From the IMG/VR virus record IMGVR_UViG_3300027819_000006: a DNA stretch of 64,000 bases. One strand, written 5' to 3'. The translations under genes were made by a program, and so were the position numbers. Source of the stretch: a virus. Lineage: Duplodnaviria; Caudoviricetes. Position 1 is the first letter of the stretch; every line of letters begins with the position of its first letter. Below, in pieces: positions 39,517 to 48,461 of this stretch. The notes under the pieces were generated by a model. The model was not told where the DNA came from, made no database searches, and saw nothing but the letters and a program-made list of their open reading frames with translations.

Positions 39517-39938
39517 TATCATTTTTAATTCTCTTCAATATGAAATCATGTTTATGTCTAATTCTATCGATAATATATCCATAATTTAAAATATATTAAT
39601 TAATTTCCTATAAAGATCTTCTTTTTCTTCTTCATTAGCAGTTATGTGTATATATTTTCTTTTTCTAAAAAATCTCTAACTGCATTTATAACATTAGAAA
39701 ATACTATAAATTCATGACCAGATTTAGAAATCAGTGGATCGTAATATACTGTATTATCATTTTTTGTTTTTATACCAAAATAAACATCCCAATAAGTATT
39801 TCCTATATTTTTAGAAACTACATGTTTTGATATGCTTGTTCTATACTTTAATTTATCTACTGTAAAATAATATTCTATTCTATCAACAGATCTTCTTTTG
39901 GTAAATTTTTTAGTGTCAAACAATTCTTTAAGCAGCAT
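39512..39938 (-). pseudogene. leader-tagged paralog of 40621-41043, with apparent frameshifts after 39645
   Basis: MLLKELFD; alternative frame continues ITANEEEKEDLYRKLI, matching FTAKEYSRIKLYKRMI of the paralog. Confidence 0.55.
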
Positions 39939-39940
39939 CT

Positions 39941-40624
39941 CTAATTTCTCTTTTTAGGAATAGATCCACATTTGCAGCCATATAGAATCAAAGTACTCAT
40001 ATCGCATTCACAGTCATGAATCTTTTTAGTCTTACTATCTGGTACAGTATTTACAATCCATTCACTCTCATGATCATATTCTGGAGGATCACATGCATTA
40101 TAATCTATATCTGCATCTTCTTCAAATATTTCACAGAAGAAATTACCAAGACATTCTCTATGATATAAGTCTTCTGTAAATAGATGAGAATAGCTAAGTT
40201 GTTTCATATCTTCTTGGTTTATTGAATATTTCTTATAGAAATTATCATTAACATTTACAAGCTCTAATAATATATCTCTATCTATGCCATGTGCAAAATT
40301 ATAGTAATCTTTCTCTGTTCTCATTTTCATAGGAGTAGTACAGTAATATCCATCTTCTAATATTGGAACTTTATTATCCATAAAATCAAATTCATCAAAA
40401 TATATTTTATGATTGTCATACATAGTCCAGTCTAAGATGTAATCTTTATATGTTACACAATCGAAACTACCAGCATAATTATGACTGTCAACTATGTTAA
40501 TCATGTTATTTTTATTATGTATTACTGTCACTACATTGATACCAGCTGTAATATTTTTTATTACATCTTTGATCAATCTTGTAGTTTTACCAGATCTTCT
40601 ACCAGATATTTCTAAATACATCAT
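39941..40624 (-). CDS. P-loop NTPase domain with C-terminal CxC-x8-GCxC module
   Basis: GRRSGKT Walker A, IYFDE Walker B; CECDMSTLILYGCKC. Confidence 0.75.
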   Translation of the reverse strand: MMYLEISGRRSGKTTRLIKDVIKNITAGINVVTVIHNKNNMINIVDSHNYAGSFDCVTYKDYILDWTMYDNHKIYFDEFDFMDNKVPILEDGYYCTTPMKMRTEKDYYNFAHGIDRDILLELVNVNDNFYKKYSINQEDMKQLSYSHLFTEDLYHRECLGNFFCEIFEEDADIDYNACDPPEYDHESEWIVNTVPDSKTKKIHDCECDMSTLILYGCKCGSIPKKRN

Positions 40625-41043
40625 GATTCCTCTCGTATTAATCTAAAAAATCCGTTATTGGCATTACTACTTTTAGATAACTTAAATCCAATAGTAGGAG
40701 CTAGTTTTTTAATCATTCTTTTGTATAATTTAATTCTAGAATATTCTTTAGCTGTAAAGTTCAAAAAATTAGTTTTTTCTTGTTTTAAAAATTCTTTTAT
40801 TGCATCGACGACAATAGAAAATACTTTAAATTCATTACCGAGATTATTTAAATCTACATAATTATTTGCTTCAAATCTTATATTCCATTGTTTGTCGACA
40901 GTTCCATTATAATGAAAAACAATTTTCTCTATGAATACTCTATATTCTACATCATCTATTTCAAATTTACCAACCCATTCATCTTCTTTTTTAGTAACCC
41001 ATTGAATTTTATCAACAGTATTGAATATTTCTATAAGTTTCAT
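40621..41043 (-). CDS. leader-tagged small protein
   Basis: MKLIEIFN; paralog of 39512-39938. Confidence 0.7.
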   Translation of the reverse strand: MKLIEIFNTVDKIQWVTKKEDEWVGKFEIDDVEYRVFIEKIVFHYNGTVDKQWNIRFEANNYVDLNNLGNEFKVFSIVVDAIKEFLKQEKTNFLNFTAKEYSRIKLYKRMIKKLAPTIGFKLSKSSNANNGFFRLIREES

Positions 41044-41048
41044 AACAA

Positions 41049-41267
41049 TTATGTGATGTCAACTTCTAGCTTTGCACTGCCAGCAGTAGCTTTGACGTTC
41101 ACGCATACTTCGTATTGTATAGTTTCTCCAAGATGTTCATTCTTGAAATCTAATAGTTTAGCTACTTGAGCATTATTCTTTCCAAACTGACCTATGAGCT
41201 GAGATACTTCTGTATATGTTACAGGTATCATAGATTCTGTTAATATATCTTTCAGTTTTATTCTCAC
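41049..41267 (-). CDS. leader-tagged small protein
   Basis: MRIKLKDILTE. Confidence 0.65.
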   Translation of the reverse strand: MRIKLKDILTESMIPVTYTEVSQLIGQFGKNNAQVAKLLDFKNEHLGETIQYEVCVNVKATAGSAKLEVDIT

Positions 41268-41282
41268 TACAATTTCTCCAAT

Positions 41283-41534
41283 TTATGTTAGATCAAACTT
41301 TTTTATACCCAGACTCTGAGATTTTACTTCTACTTCTATGTGTATAAGAATTCTTTCTTCTCCATGATCTTTTTCATGTGCTTTTTTCATGAAAGCAAAA
41401 AGTTCATTACGCTTATTTTTATTAAGTAAAGATGCGCTATTGCTGAGAAAATTTCTTATTTCATCAGCATCTGAATGCACCAGTTCTTCTTTGATCAATT
41501 TTCTTAATTCTTTTACCGTCATTTTATACTCCAA
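41283..41534 (-). CDS. leader-tagged small protein
   Basis: MTVKELRKLIKEE. Confidence 0.65.
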   Translation of the reverse strand: MEYKMTVKELRKLIKEELVHSDADEIRNFLSNSASLLNKNKRNELFAFMKKAHEKDHGEERILIHIEVEVKSQSLGIKKFDLT

Positions 41535-41543
41535 ATTTTTAGT

Positions 41544-43355
41544 TTAAGCTATCCGCATAACGATATCATTATTTGCATTCTTTAATTCCCAGCAAGCTGT
41601 CTCAGGAAATCTTAATACTCCGCCTTTTGTATTAGCCAAAATGTTATATTCTGTATTAGAATAAACTCTTCCATCTACTGTACCAGCAATGTTGACAATA
41701 TTAAATTCTGCCACCGACCTTACTTCTGGCAAACCCTGAATTTTTGAGATCATATCAGGAATCACAATGTAGTCATTAAAATTGGATTGGCTTATGTCCA
41801 ATTCATTCTTAATGACAAAGTAAGATTTGATTAATGCTTCATTAGGGTTAATGTCAGGTTCGGGTACGATGGCAAAATTTACACCAATATTGATTATACT
41901 TCCATTTGTTAATTTTACTGAATCAGAGAATGATCTGTATCGTGATATAAATATTTCTATATTATTTTTTAAGACACTGTCAGGTGCTACTAAATAACCT
42001 TTTGTATCTCGAGCTATAGTAATTAGCTCTACGCCTAAATTGTTTGTAGGGTCTTTTCTAGCATAACTTCTGAATACAGTTCCAAAGTTTTGTGGCATAG
42101 ATAGAGCTATAACTTGATAATCTTGTAGAGTAACAGCTCTATTCTGAGCATTGAAGAATGCAGATGTTCTCTGTCTTATTTCATCTAGAGTTTCTCTTTC
42201 AGATCCTCCAAATGCTGGTGATATATTATTGGCTGACAGACTTCTCAGAATATTAGAAGCAATATTTGATGAAACAGATTCAAAATTTGCAGTTTTGAAT
42301 GAATATCGCAAATTTCTAATTGTTTTCAATGTATTTGCAGCAACATTTGTAGCAATCCCCCCGCCTACTCTGTAATTCACTGTAACAGCTATATTTCTTG
42401 GTGCTACACCCAAACTATTGCCATCAATAAAATTTGTAGGATCTATTGTAGCTGGTGAGAACCCAGATGGAGAACCCCTTAATGTTGGAGGTAAAGCATA
42501 GTCTTCAGGATTTGGTATAATCTCTGTATCTTCTACTCCAAGAGTACCTGAACCGAATACAAGAGAAGTTCTTCCTTTTGTTTCTCTTTCTGTTACAAAT
42601 CTTCTTGGTGATCTTTTAAATGCCAGCACAAATGGAGTATTACCAGAACTAGAAGTTGTGTTAGGTATTCCAGAGAATATTACATCTTGAGCTAAATAAT
42701 CTACTTTATTCCATTCTGTATTATCAGATCCAGATACAGCTACTATTTCTGTAACATCTGGTTCTGGTAGAATAATCTTAAGAAATGGAGTAGCAATAGC
42801 TCCTGCTGTATAGATAAAAGTTTTAGTAGTACCAGCTATAGCCGATATTCCAGATATAGATAAAGTTGTAGTTCCTGCAGCTGTATTGTTAGTAGCAGTT
42901 CTATTTGCTGTCAAAGAAAAGTCTACATCTTGCATTATCTCAAATGGAATAGATGGCAATAAATTGGTCAATACTCCAGTACCCTTATTGATTGTAAACA
43001 GAGAATTAGCAGAAACAGATGTTGGTACAGAAGCGCTTAATGAAATATTTACTAGAGCAGGAACTCTTGATTTGGGCTGCCTACCGAAAGTCTTAGCATT
43101 AGATAGAACATTTCTTTCTTCAATAGCTCTATTTGGATCTACTTCATTGATCTGTCTGTCTATGTAGAAAGAAAGCATGTCTCCGACAAATGCTTCCATT
43201 TCTAGTATAGCAAGACCTCCAGAAGCTTGGTTGAAATCAGAATACTGATCTGGAAAGTGATTGCGAAGATATGTCAGCAGTTCAAGCTTGATGCTGTCGA
43301 AGTCTTTAGAAACATATCCGATTTGGCGTATTTCTTTTGGTGCATTTACTGCCAT
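41544..43355 (-). CDS. baseplate wedge protein (T4 gp6 / baseplate J-like)
   Basis: KDFDSIKLEL...DFNQASGG, GGSERETLDEIR, QNRAVTLQDY. Confidence 0.9.
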   Translation of the reverse strand: MAVNAPKEIRQIGYVSKDFDSIKLELLTYLRNHFPDQYSDFNQASGGLAILEMEAFVGDMLSFYIDRQINEVDPNRAIEERNVLSNAKTFGRQPKSRVPALVNISLSASVPTSVSANSLFTINKGTGVLTNLLPSIPFEIMQDVDFSLTANRTATNNTAAGTTTLSISGISAIAGTTKTFIYTAGAIATPFLKIILPEPDVTEIVAVSGSDNTEWNKVDYLAQDVIFSGIPNTTSSSGNTPFVLAFKRSPRRFVTERETKGRTSLVFGSGTLGVEDTEIIPNPEDYALPPTLRGSPSGFSPATIDPTNFIDGNSLGVAPRNIAVTVNYRVGGGIATNVAANTLKTIRNLRYSFKTANFESVSSNIASNILRSLSANNISPAFGGSERETLDEIRQRTSAFFNAQNRAVTLQDYQVIALSMPQNFGTVFRSYARKDPTNNLGVELITIARDTKGYLVAPDSVLKNNIEIFISRYRSFSDSVKLTNGSIINIGVNFAIVPEPDINPNEALIKSYFVIKNELDISQSNFNDYIVIPDMISKIQGLPEVRSVAEFNIVNIAGTVDGRVYSNTEYNILANTKGGVLRFPETACWELKNANNDIVMRIA

Positions 43356-43366
43356 AGTTTAGCTCT

Positions 43367-43765
43367 TTAAATAGTTAGTGCTACTGTTTCTGAAAAATTT
43401 GGTGCATTTTTCAAAGAATATGTAATCTTTATCATGATCGACGTATCGTCTAAATAGTCTAATTCTGATTTTGTAAGCAGCTGTATATCATTCAATGTAA
43501 TATTTGGCAAGAAATTTGTAACAGCAGAAGTTATTTCATTTCTCATTTTCAGAAGCATTTCATCTCTATTGATATTGTTAAATAATTCTCCACCAATAGT
43601 AGTGATGTTTGTACCAATAGTAGGAAACAATAATCGTTCTCCTTTTCTAGTCATAAGAAGAACTTTTAAATCTTCTCTAGTAGCATTTACTGTAGTCTTG
43701 TTTCCTTCTGGGATTCCCTCATTACCTTTGATGAACGGAAATTTCCAATTAATCGTTTTAGACAT
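43367..43765 (-). CDS. baseplate wedge subunit, gp25/GPW family
   Basis: LLMTRKGERLLFPTIGTNI...FLPNITL. Confidence 0.85.
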   Translation of the reverse strand: MSKTINWKFPFIKGNEGIPEGNKTTVNATREDLKVLLMTRKGERLLFPTIGTNITTIGGELFNNINRDEMLLKMRNEITSAVTNFLPNITLNDIQLLTKSELDYLDDTSIMIKITYSLKNAPNFSETVALTI

Positions 43766-43777
43766 TTATTCTCTGCA

Positions 43778-44971
43778 CTAATTGATAAACTGATGTTTGC
43801 TTAAATGATCTTCTAACTGCGTTTTATATGTGTCTAGCAACTGAGTCAATATCTCACTTTCAAATAAAACTGTATCTATAGTTCCTGCTGCATCATCTAA
43901 TATAGTTACTTCTCTTGCTGGTACAGCTGTAGTTACATTAATATTCCTTGTACCTTCTTTGCCAATATCTATAGTATATGTTGTATTGCTAGTATATGCT
44001 GGGAAAACATGTGTATGATTCTTTAACAGAGTAATGATGTCGCTGTTATTTTTCATTACTGTCTGCAGCAGAAGCATGATATTGTTTAAGAATAAATTCT
44101 GTTTTTCTCCAAGCACTTGTCTAAATAATTGTTTCTCTGATTCTTTAGAAGTAGAAATATTATATATTTCTTCTGATTGATTTAATATTATATTTCTGTC
44201 TGTGTCATCATCTATTTCATTTATAGCTGGAGTTTCTGCTAATGTAGCATTAAGAGATACTTTTATTTTCTTGAAATTAATAACATCTTTAATTTTAGAC
44301 AGAGCTAAATGGATAGTTTTAGTTAAAGTTTTTCCTATGCTGACTGAAGTATTAGTCAGAGCAGGATATTTTATTGCATCTTTTATCCCTGATTCAAGTA
44401 TTCCTTGCTTATTATTAGGATTGAAAGAATGTCTGATATAACTGCCAGATCTACCTTGCTGAAATACATCTCCGTTTCTGACTGGTATAGAGAATATAAT
44501 TCTTTCTTTCTGAGGGCCGGCTTGTTCTATAGATTCTAATGTAAAATCAAATCCATATTTCTGTAAAGGAGTTCCATTGAGATAAGTTCTAGCTAAATAC
44601 TTGTTCAGATTGTTGTTGTCATTTACTCTACATATCCAAAACCCATTAGCATTTATATCATCAGACTCTTTCAGTATCCATATTTCTTCACCAGGTTCTG
44701 GTAGTTCTAAACTATGTATTGGAAATAAAGGAGGGTACCATTTTCTGACATCTGATAGTGGACTTCTTGTGTTTACATCTTCTCCAATAATCTTGGCATA
44801 TATACTGAATGGTGGCACGAAAGAAGCATTTGTTCCATTGTCTATATTTTTCAGAACATCTATGACAATTCCTTTATATAATATAAATATAACGGAGTTA
44901 GCAGATCTTGCACTTGCATATGTTTCTTTGACAAACTTTGTTCCTGGATACAGAATGTTTCTAATTTGCAT
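43778..44971 (-). CDS. baseplate hub/spike (gp5 or gpV-like) protein
   Basis: N-terminal OB-like segment LPEPGEEIWI; GDVFQQGRSG; HTH Zn-tip motif; position in cluster. Confidence 0.6.
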   Translation of the reverse strand: MQIRNILYPGTKFVKETYASARSANSVIFILYKGIVIDVLKNIDNGTNASFVPPFSIYAKIIGEDVNTRSPLSDVRKWYPPLFPIHSLELPEPGEEIWILKESDDINANGFWICRVNDNNNLNKYLARTYLNGTPLQKYGFDFTLESIEQAGPQKERIIFSIPVRNGDVFQQGRSGSYIRHSFNPNNKQGILESGIKDAIKYPALTNTSVSIGKTLTKTIHLALSKIKDVINFKKIKVSLNATLAETPAINEIDDDTDRNIILNQSEEIYNISTSKESEKQLFRQVLGEKQNLFLNNIMLLLQTVMKNNSDIITLLKNHTHVFPAYTSNTTYTIDIGKEGTRNINVTTAVPAREVTILDDAAGTIDTVLFESEILTQLLDTYKTQLEDHLSKHQFIN

Positions 44972-45209
44972 TTTCTATTTTCTCTGTCTTCAATTCAATT
45001 CCCATCAATTTCAATTCTGAACAAACATCTGATAATTCTTTTCTACAATTTGCCAATTTGATCACTTCTTTTTCTAAAGTATATAAAAAATGTTCATTTG
45101 CAGGGTTTAAATCAGAAATACTCTTGATTAAAGAATCTATGATTAGGAGATGCTCTTCATAGTTTCTCATCAGTTCAGAGAACCTTTCCAGTGTTTCTTT
45201 AGAGTTCAT
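44961..45209 (-). CDS. small coiled-coil protein
   Basis: 82 aa in operon. Confidence 0.55.
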   Translation of the reverse strand: MNSKETLERFSELMRNYEEHLLIIDSLIKSISDLNPANEHFLYTLEKEVIKLANCRKELSDVCSELKLMGIELKTEKIENAN

Positions 45210-45918
45210 AGTCTATTGATTTCAATTCTTCTTCTGTTGCTTCATGAAATTCTCTAGAGTTCATGTAGTCAGCTCTCGCTTTTTCATATAGAGATTTTAT
45301 TTTCTTAACAGATTTAGTAATCTTTCTAGTAGGGAGGTTTGTAGCTTCTCGAATATAAATATATAGTTGTTTTTTATTGAAGATGTCAAAATTGAAGGTA
45401 TATTCTTTCAGAATAACTTCTATAATGTCAAGAACTACATAATCTTCTGGATCTAATTCAGACTTATATGTCTTGATATGAAAGATAATAGCAGCCATGA
45501 ATTCTCGTATATCATCTCTGCTCTTATTCTCATTATGTCTATGAACACTGATGTCATGCAATATCTTTAGCTTGTTCTCATCATCTATATCATAATGATT
45601 TTTGTTCTTCTTGTACTCTTGTATTAGCCAATTTTTAGCAATAGTGCCGAAATAAGAAAAAGATTTGAATCCTTTAGTAGGATCAAATTTATCAAGTCTT
45701 TCATATAGATATAGTAGTAAATCTTTCTTAACATAATCATAGTTTTTTACAGTTCTGTTAAAGTTGTATGTGAAGTATATGTTCTCTATCAGTTTTTCTA
45801 ATTTGCTATGAATATTTTTTTGATATATAGAATGTTTTAATTCTGTTGTATCTGCTGCAATGTAATTTTTAATAGCTTCTTCTTCATCACTACCCCAGTA
45901 CATTTTTCCTTCTGCCAC
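45199..45918 (-). CDS. phage sigma-factor-like protein (candidate late sigma)
   Basis: LDKFDPTKGFKSFSYFGTIAKNWLI (sigma region 2 type). Confidence 0.75.
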   Translation of the reverse strand: MAEGKMYWGSDEEEAIKNYIAADTTELKHSIYQKNIHSKLEKLIENIYFTYNFNRTVKNYDYVKKDLLLYLYERLDKFDPTKGFKSFSYFGTIAKNWLIQEYKKNKNHYDIDDENKLKILHDISVHRHNENKSRDDIREFMAAIIFHIKTYKSELDPEDYVVLDIIEVILKEYTFNFDIFNKKQLYIYIREATNLPTRKITKSVKKIKSLYEKARADYMNSREFHEATEEELKSIDYEL

Positions 45919-45986
45919 TAATTGTCCTCGTTCATAAATTGTTCGATGCTAAATTATTTTTAATCTAAATTTGAAGCATTTTAAAC

Positions 45987-48131
45987 TCATGCTGTCTGAT
46001 CCATCCCACCTGGATTTGTGGGTTCTACTGTAGTAGAGTTCATTGGAGAGTCTGCAGGTAAACTGCTATATCTTTGAGCTGAACTATCTACTGTAGGATT
46101 ATTTTTGTCATATGTAGTAGATTTTTCTACTGTGTTACTAATTAATGATGGAGATATTAATCTTGCTTCTATTACAGTAGAGAATGTACCTAAGTCTAGT
46201 TGCTCTGTAAGCTGAGTAATGTTATATATTCCAGATAGATTATCTATAACTCCTTTAAGTATTATGGCATTGTAAGGTTCTAATCCTACAGTGCCATGTA
46301 TAGTTATAGTAGTTTGCTTCAAATAATAACCCATTAGTCTAGCAAATAGATCATTTTCATCTAAAGATGCTTGCACTACGTTAGCATATCTGACAGTATT
46401 TTGTTGAATAAATCTTTCTAATAGAGTGGTGTCATTCTGTGCTCTTATTATAGCATCTGAATTAGATATATCTTTACTATTTATATCCAATTTGACAAAG
46501 TTGAAAAAATCTTTAGCTATTGTAGAACTTAAATCTGCTTTTTCTCCTATCAGTCCTAAATTTGTCAATATTTTTGTGGTAGCTGCAGCTGTGTCCTGCT
46601 GAGTATCTCCAAATATGATTGGAAGATTGTACACATCCATAGCATTTGGATCTAATTTAGATGACAAGTCTATAGTTTCACATAATGAACCTCTAGTACC
46701 AAACTCTATTGTAAATACATTTTCTTGCTGAGCCATTTTTTTAGCATCTATTCCTATTATAGATATAGATACTTTGTTATTCATAAATGCTAAAGCTAAA
46801 GTTAATCCCTTTGGGCTATCTATAATGTCAGAATCTGTTAATGCTCTAACTACATCTAATAATGAAGCAACAGAATTTGTAAATATTTTCTTCACTTTAT
46901 CTGCATTCAACATAAAATCTTCTGCAGTTTTAGGAGTTGTTGCTATTTGAGAAGAAGGATATTCAAAAGCTAAATCTAAATAAGAATGAGATGCTGTATT
47001 TATAGGAACAGCTGTAGAAGTTTGTTGCTGCTTTAATGAAAGCTCTAAAGCATTTACTTGATCTGTAAATTCTTTTTCTGTTATAACACTTGAATCTGCT
47101 TGCTGTACTAAATCTTGATATTGTTGTGTTTGAGTAACATCTATTTGAGCTGTAGAGACTGAAGGCGTGGCTGGAATTCCAGTGTTTGCTTCATGAACAG
47201 CAGTTTGAATTTGATCAAATACATCTTTTAATCTGTAATGAGTAATTACAGCTTGACTTGTAGTAGGACTGACAGGGTCTGTAAATGTTTTAACTTTTGC
47301 AGAATCATTTAAATTTGTAAGAACAGATTTAGATATATTAGCCATTTTTATAAATGATAATAATCCCTGATTTGGAGACATAAATTCTAATGTTCCATTC
47401 ATATGCCCTACTTCATCAAAGCTAAAATTATATCTGTATAATCTGAACAGCATTGCTCTCCAATAACCAAAATTTATTTCATCTAGATCTATGGACAGAT
47501 TATTAGGAGTATTCTCAAAATTTGGAGGGTTTGTAAATTGCAATCCTTCAGAAGATGACCAGCCATAAGATACTAGAAATAGAGAGTTTAGTGTAATTAA
47601 ATTATTCAACTCTACTCTGTCTTTGAATATGTTTATATCTGTGATTGTAACACTCATTGTAGCTGAATAGTTATGCTGGGCACCTCTAGTGATACTAAAA
47701 GATGTAATTCCTTCTCCACCTCTTTGGTTAAGAGTATTTAGTTGAGATTCTATTCCTAATATTGGAACAAATTTAAATTCAATAGATGTCTGTCCCGATA
47801 AAATAGATTTAAAGTCGGCATTAGATGCATTGAATTTATCGTCTATAACAGAGTTACTAAATTGATTGACTGTAGTTCCTTTTATAGATATTGGTTTCAA
47901 TCTGCTTACTAATTGCTGCCACTTATTTGTATTAGCAGCAACTCTAGTTAACTCTGTAACATCTTTGCTATCATATAAGGCAAGTAAATTTATAAATGGA
48001 GACAGTTTAGATAAATTCAAAGAACCCATAGAAAGTTTAGACTTCCAACCTGCAACCAGTTTATCATTTGCATTTTGTAAATCTTTGCTTCCAGGTAGAG
48101 TTACTGGTCGAGCATATGTATTTATAGACAT
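45987..48131 (-). CDS. baseplate hub protein (gp27/gpD-like)
   Basis: VSYGWS, YNFSFD..G, TITIHGTVGLEPYN..SGIYNITQL; position. Confidence 0.6.
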   Translation of the reverse strand: MSINTYARPVTLPGSKDLQNANDKLVAGWKSKLSMGSLNLSKLSPFINLLALYDSKDVTELTRVAANTNKWQQLVSRLKPISIKGTTVNQFSNSVIDDKFNASNADFKSILSGQTSIEFKFVPILGIESQLNTLNQRGGEGITSFSITRGAQHNYSATMSVTITDINIFKDRVELNNLITLNSLFLVSYGWSSSEGLQFTNPPNFENTPNNLSIDLDEINFGYWRAMLFRLYRYNFSFDEVGHMNGTLEFMSPNQGLLSFIKMANISKSVLTNLNDSAKVKTFTDPVSPTTSQAVITHYRLKDVFDQIQTAVHEANTGIPATPSVSTAQIDVTQTQQYQDLVQQADSSVITEKEFTDQVNALELSLKQQQTSTAVPINTASHSYLDLAFEYPSSQIATTPKTAEDFMLNADKVKKIFTNSVASLLDVVRALTDSDIIDSPKGLTLALAFMNNKVSISIIGIDAKKMAQQENVFTIEFGTRGSLCETIDLSSKLDPNAMDVYNLPIIFGDTQQDTAAATTKILTNLGLIGEKADLSSTIAKDFFNFVKLDINSKDISNSDAIIRAQNDTTLLERFIQQNTVRYANVVQASLDENDLFARLMGYYLKQTTITIHGTVGLEPYNAIILKGVIDNLSGIYNITQLTEQLDLGTFSTVIEARLISPSLISNTVEKSTTYDKNNPTVDSSAQRYSSLPADSPMNSTTVEPTNPGGMDQTA

Positions 48132-48135
48132 GTTT

Positions 48136-48456
48136 TTAAAACTCTGCTGCTATTCTGTTATTGATCACATTAAAAATTTTGTTTATGTCTGTTGGTATTC
48201 TTATCAAATCACCAGGAATTAAGTCATGAGAAAATGGCAAGTTGATACCATTAAGCAAACATATAGCCCACCAATATCTGCCATCTCCCAAATATTGATG
48301 TGCAAGAATATCTATTCTCATAGCATCTTTCCATACAATTACTATATCAGAATCTGTTTGCAGTTCTTCTGGTTTTATAACTGGGAAAGTAGCAATTCTA
48401 GCTTTATCATCAGTAGCTTGAATTATCGGAAGATTTCCGTATCTTGAAAGTGGCAT
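48136..48456 (-). CDS. LysM/gp53-like baseplate protein
   Basis: RIDILAHQYLGDGRYWWAICLLN...IRIP. Confidence 0.85.
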   Translation of the reverse strand: MPLSRYGNLPIIQATDDKARIATFPVIKPEELQTDSDIVIVWKDAMRIDILAHQYLGDGRYWWAICLLNGINLPFSHDLIPGDLIRIPTDINKIFNVINNRIAAEF

Positions 48457-48461
48457 CTATA

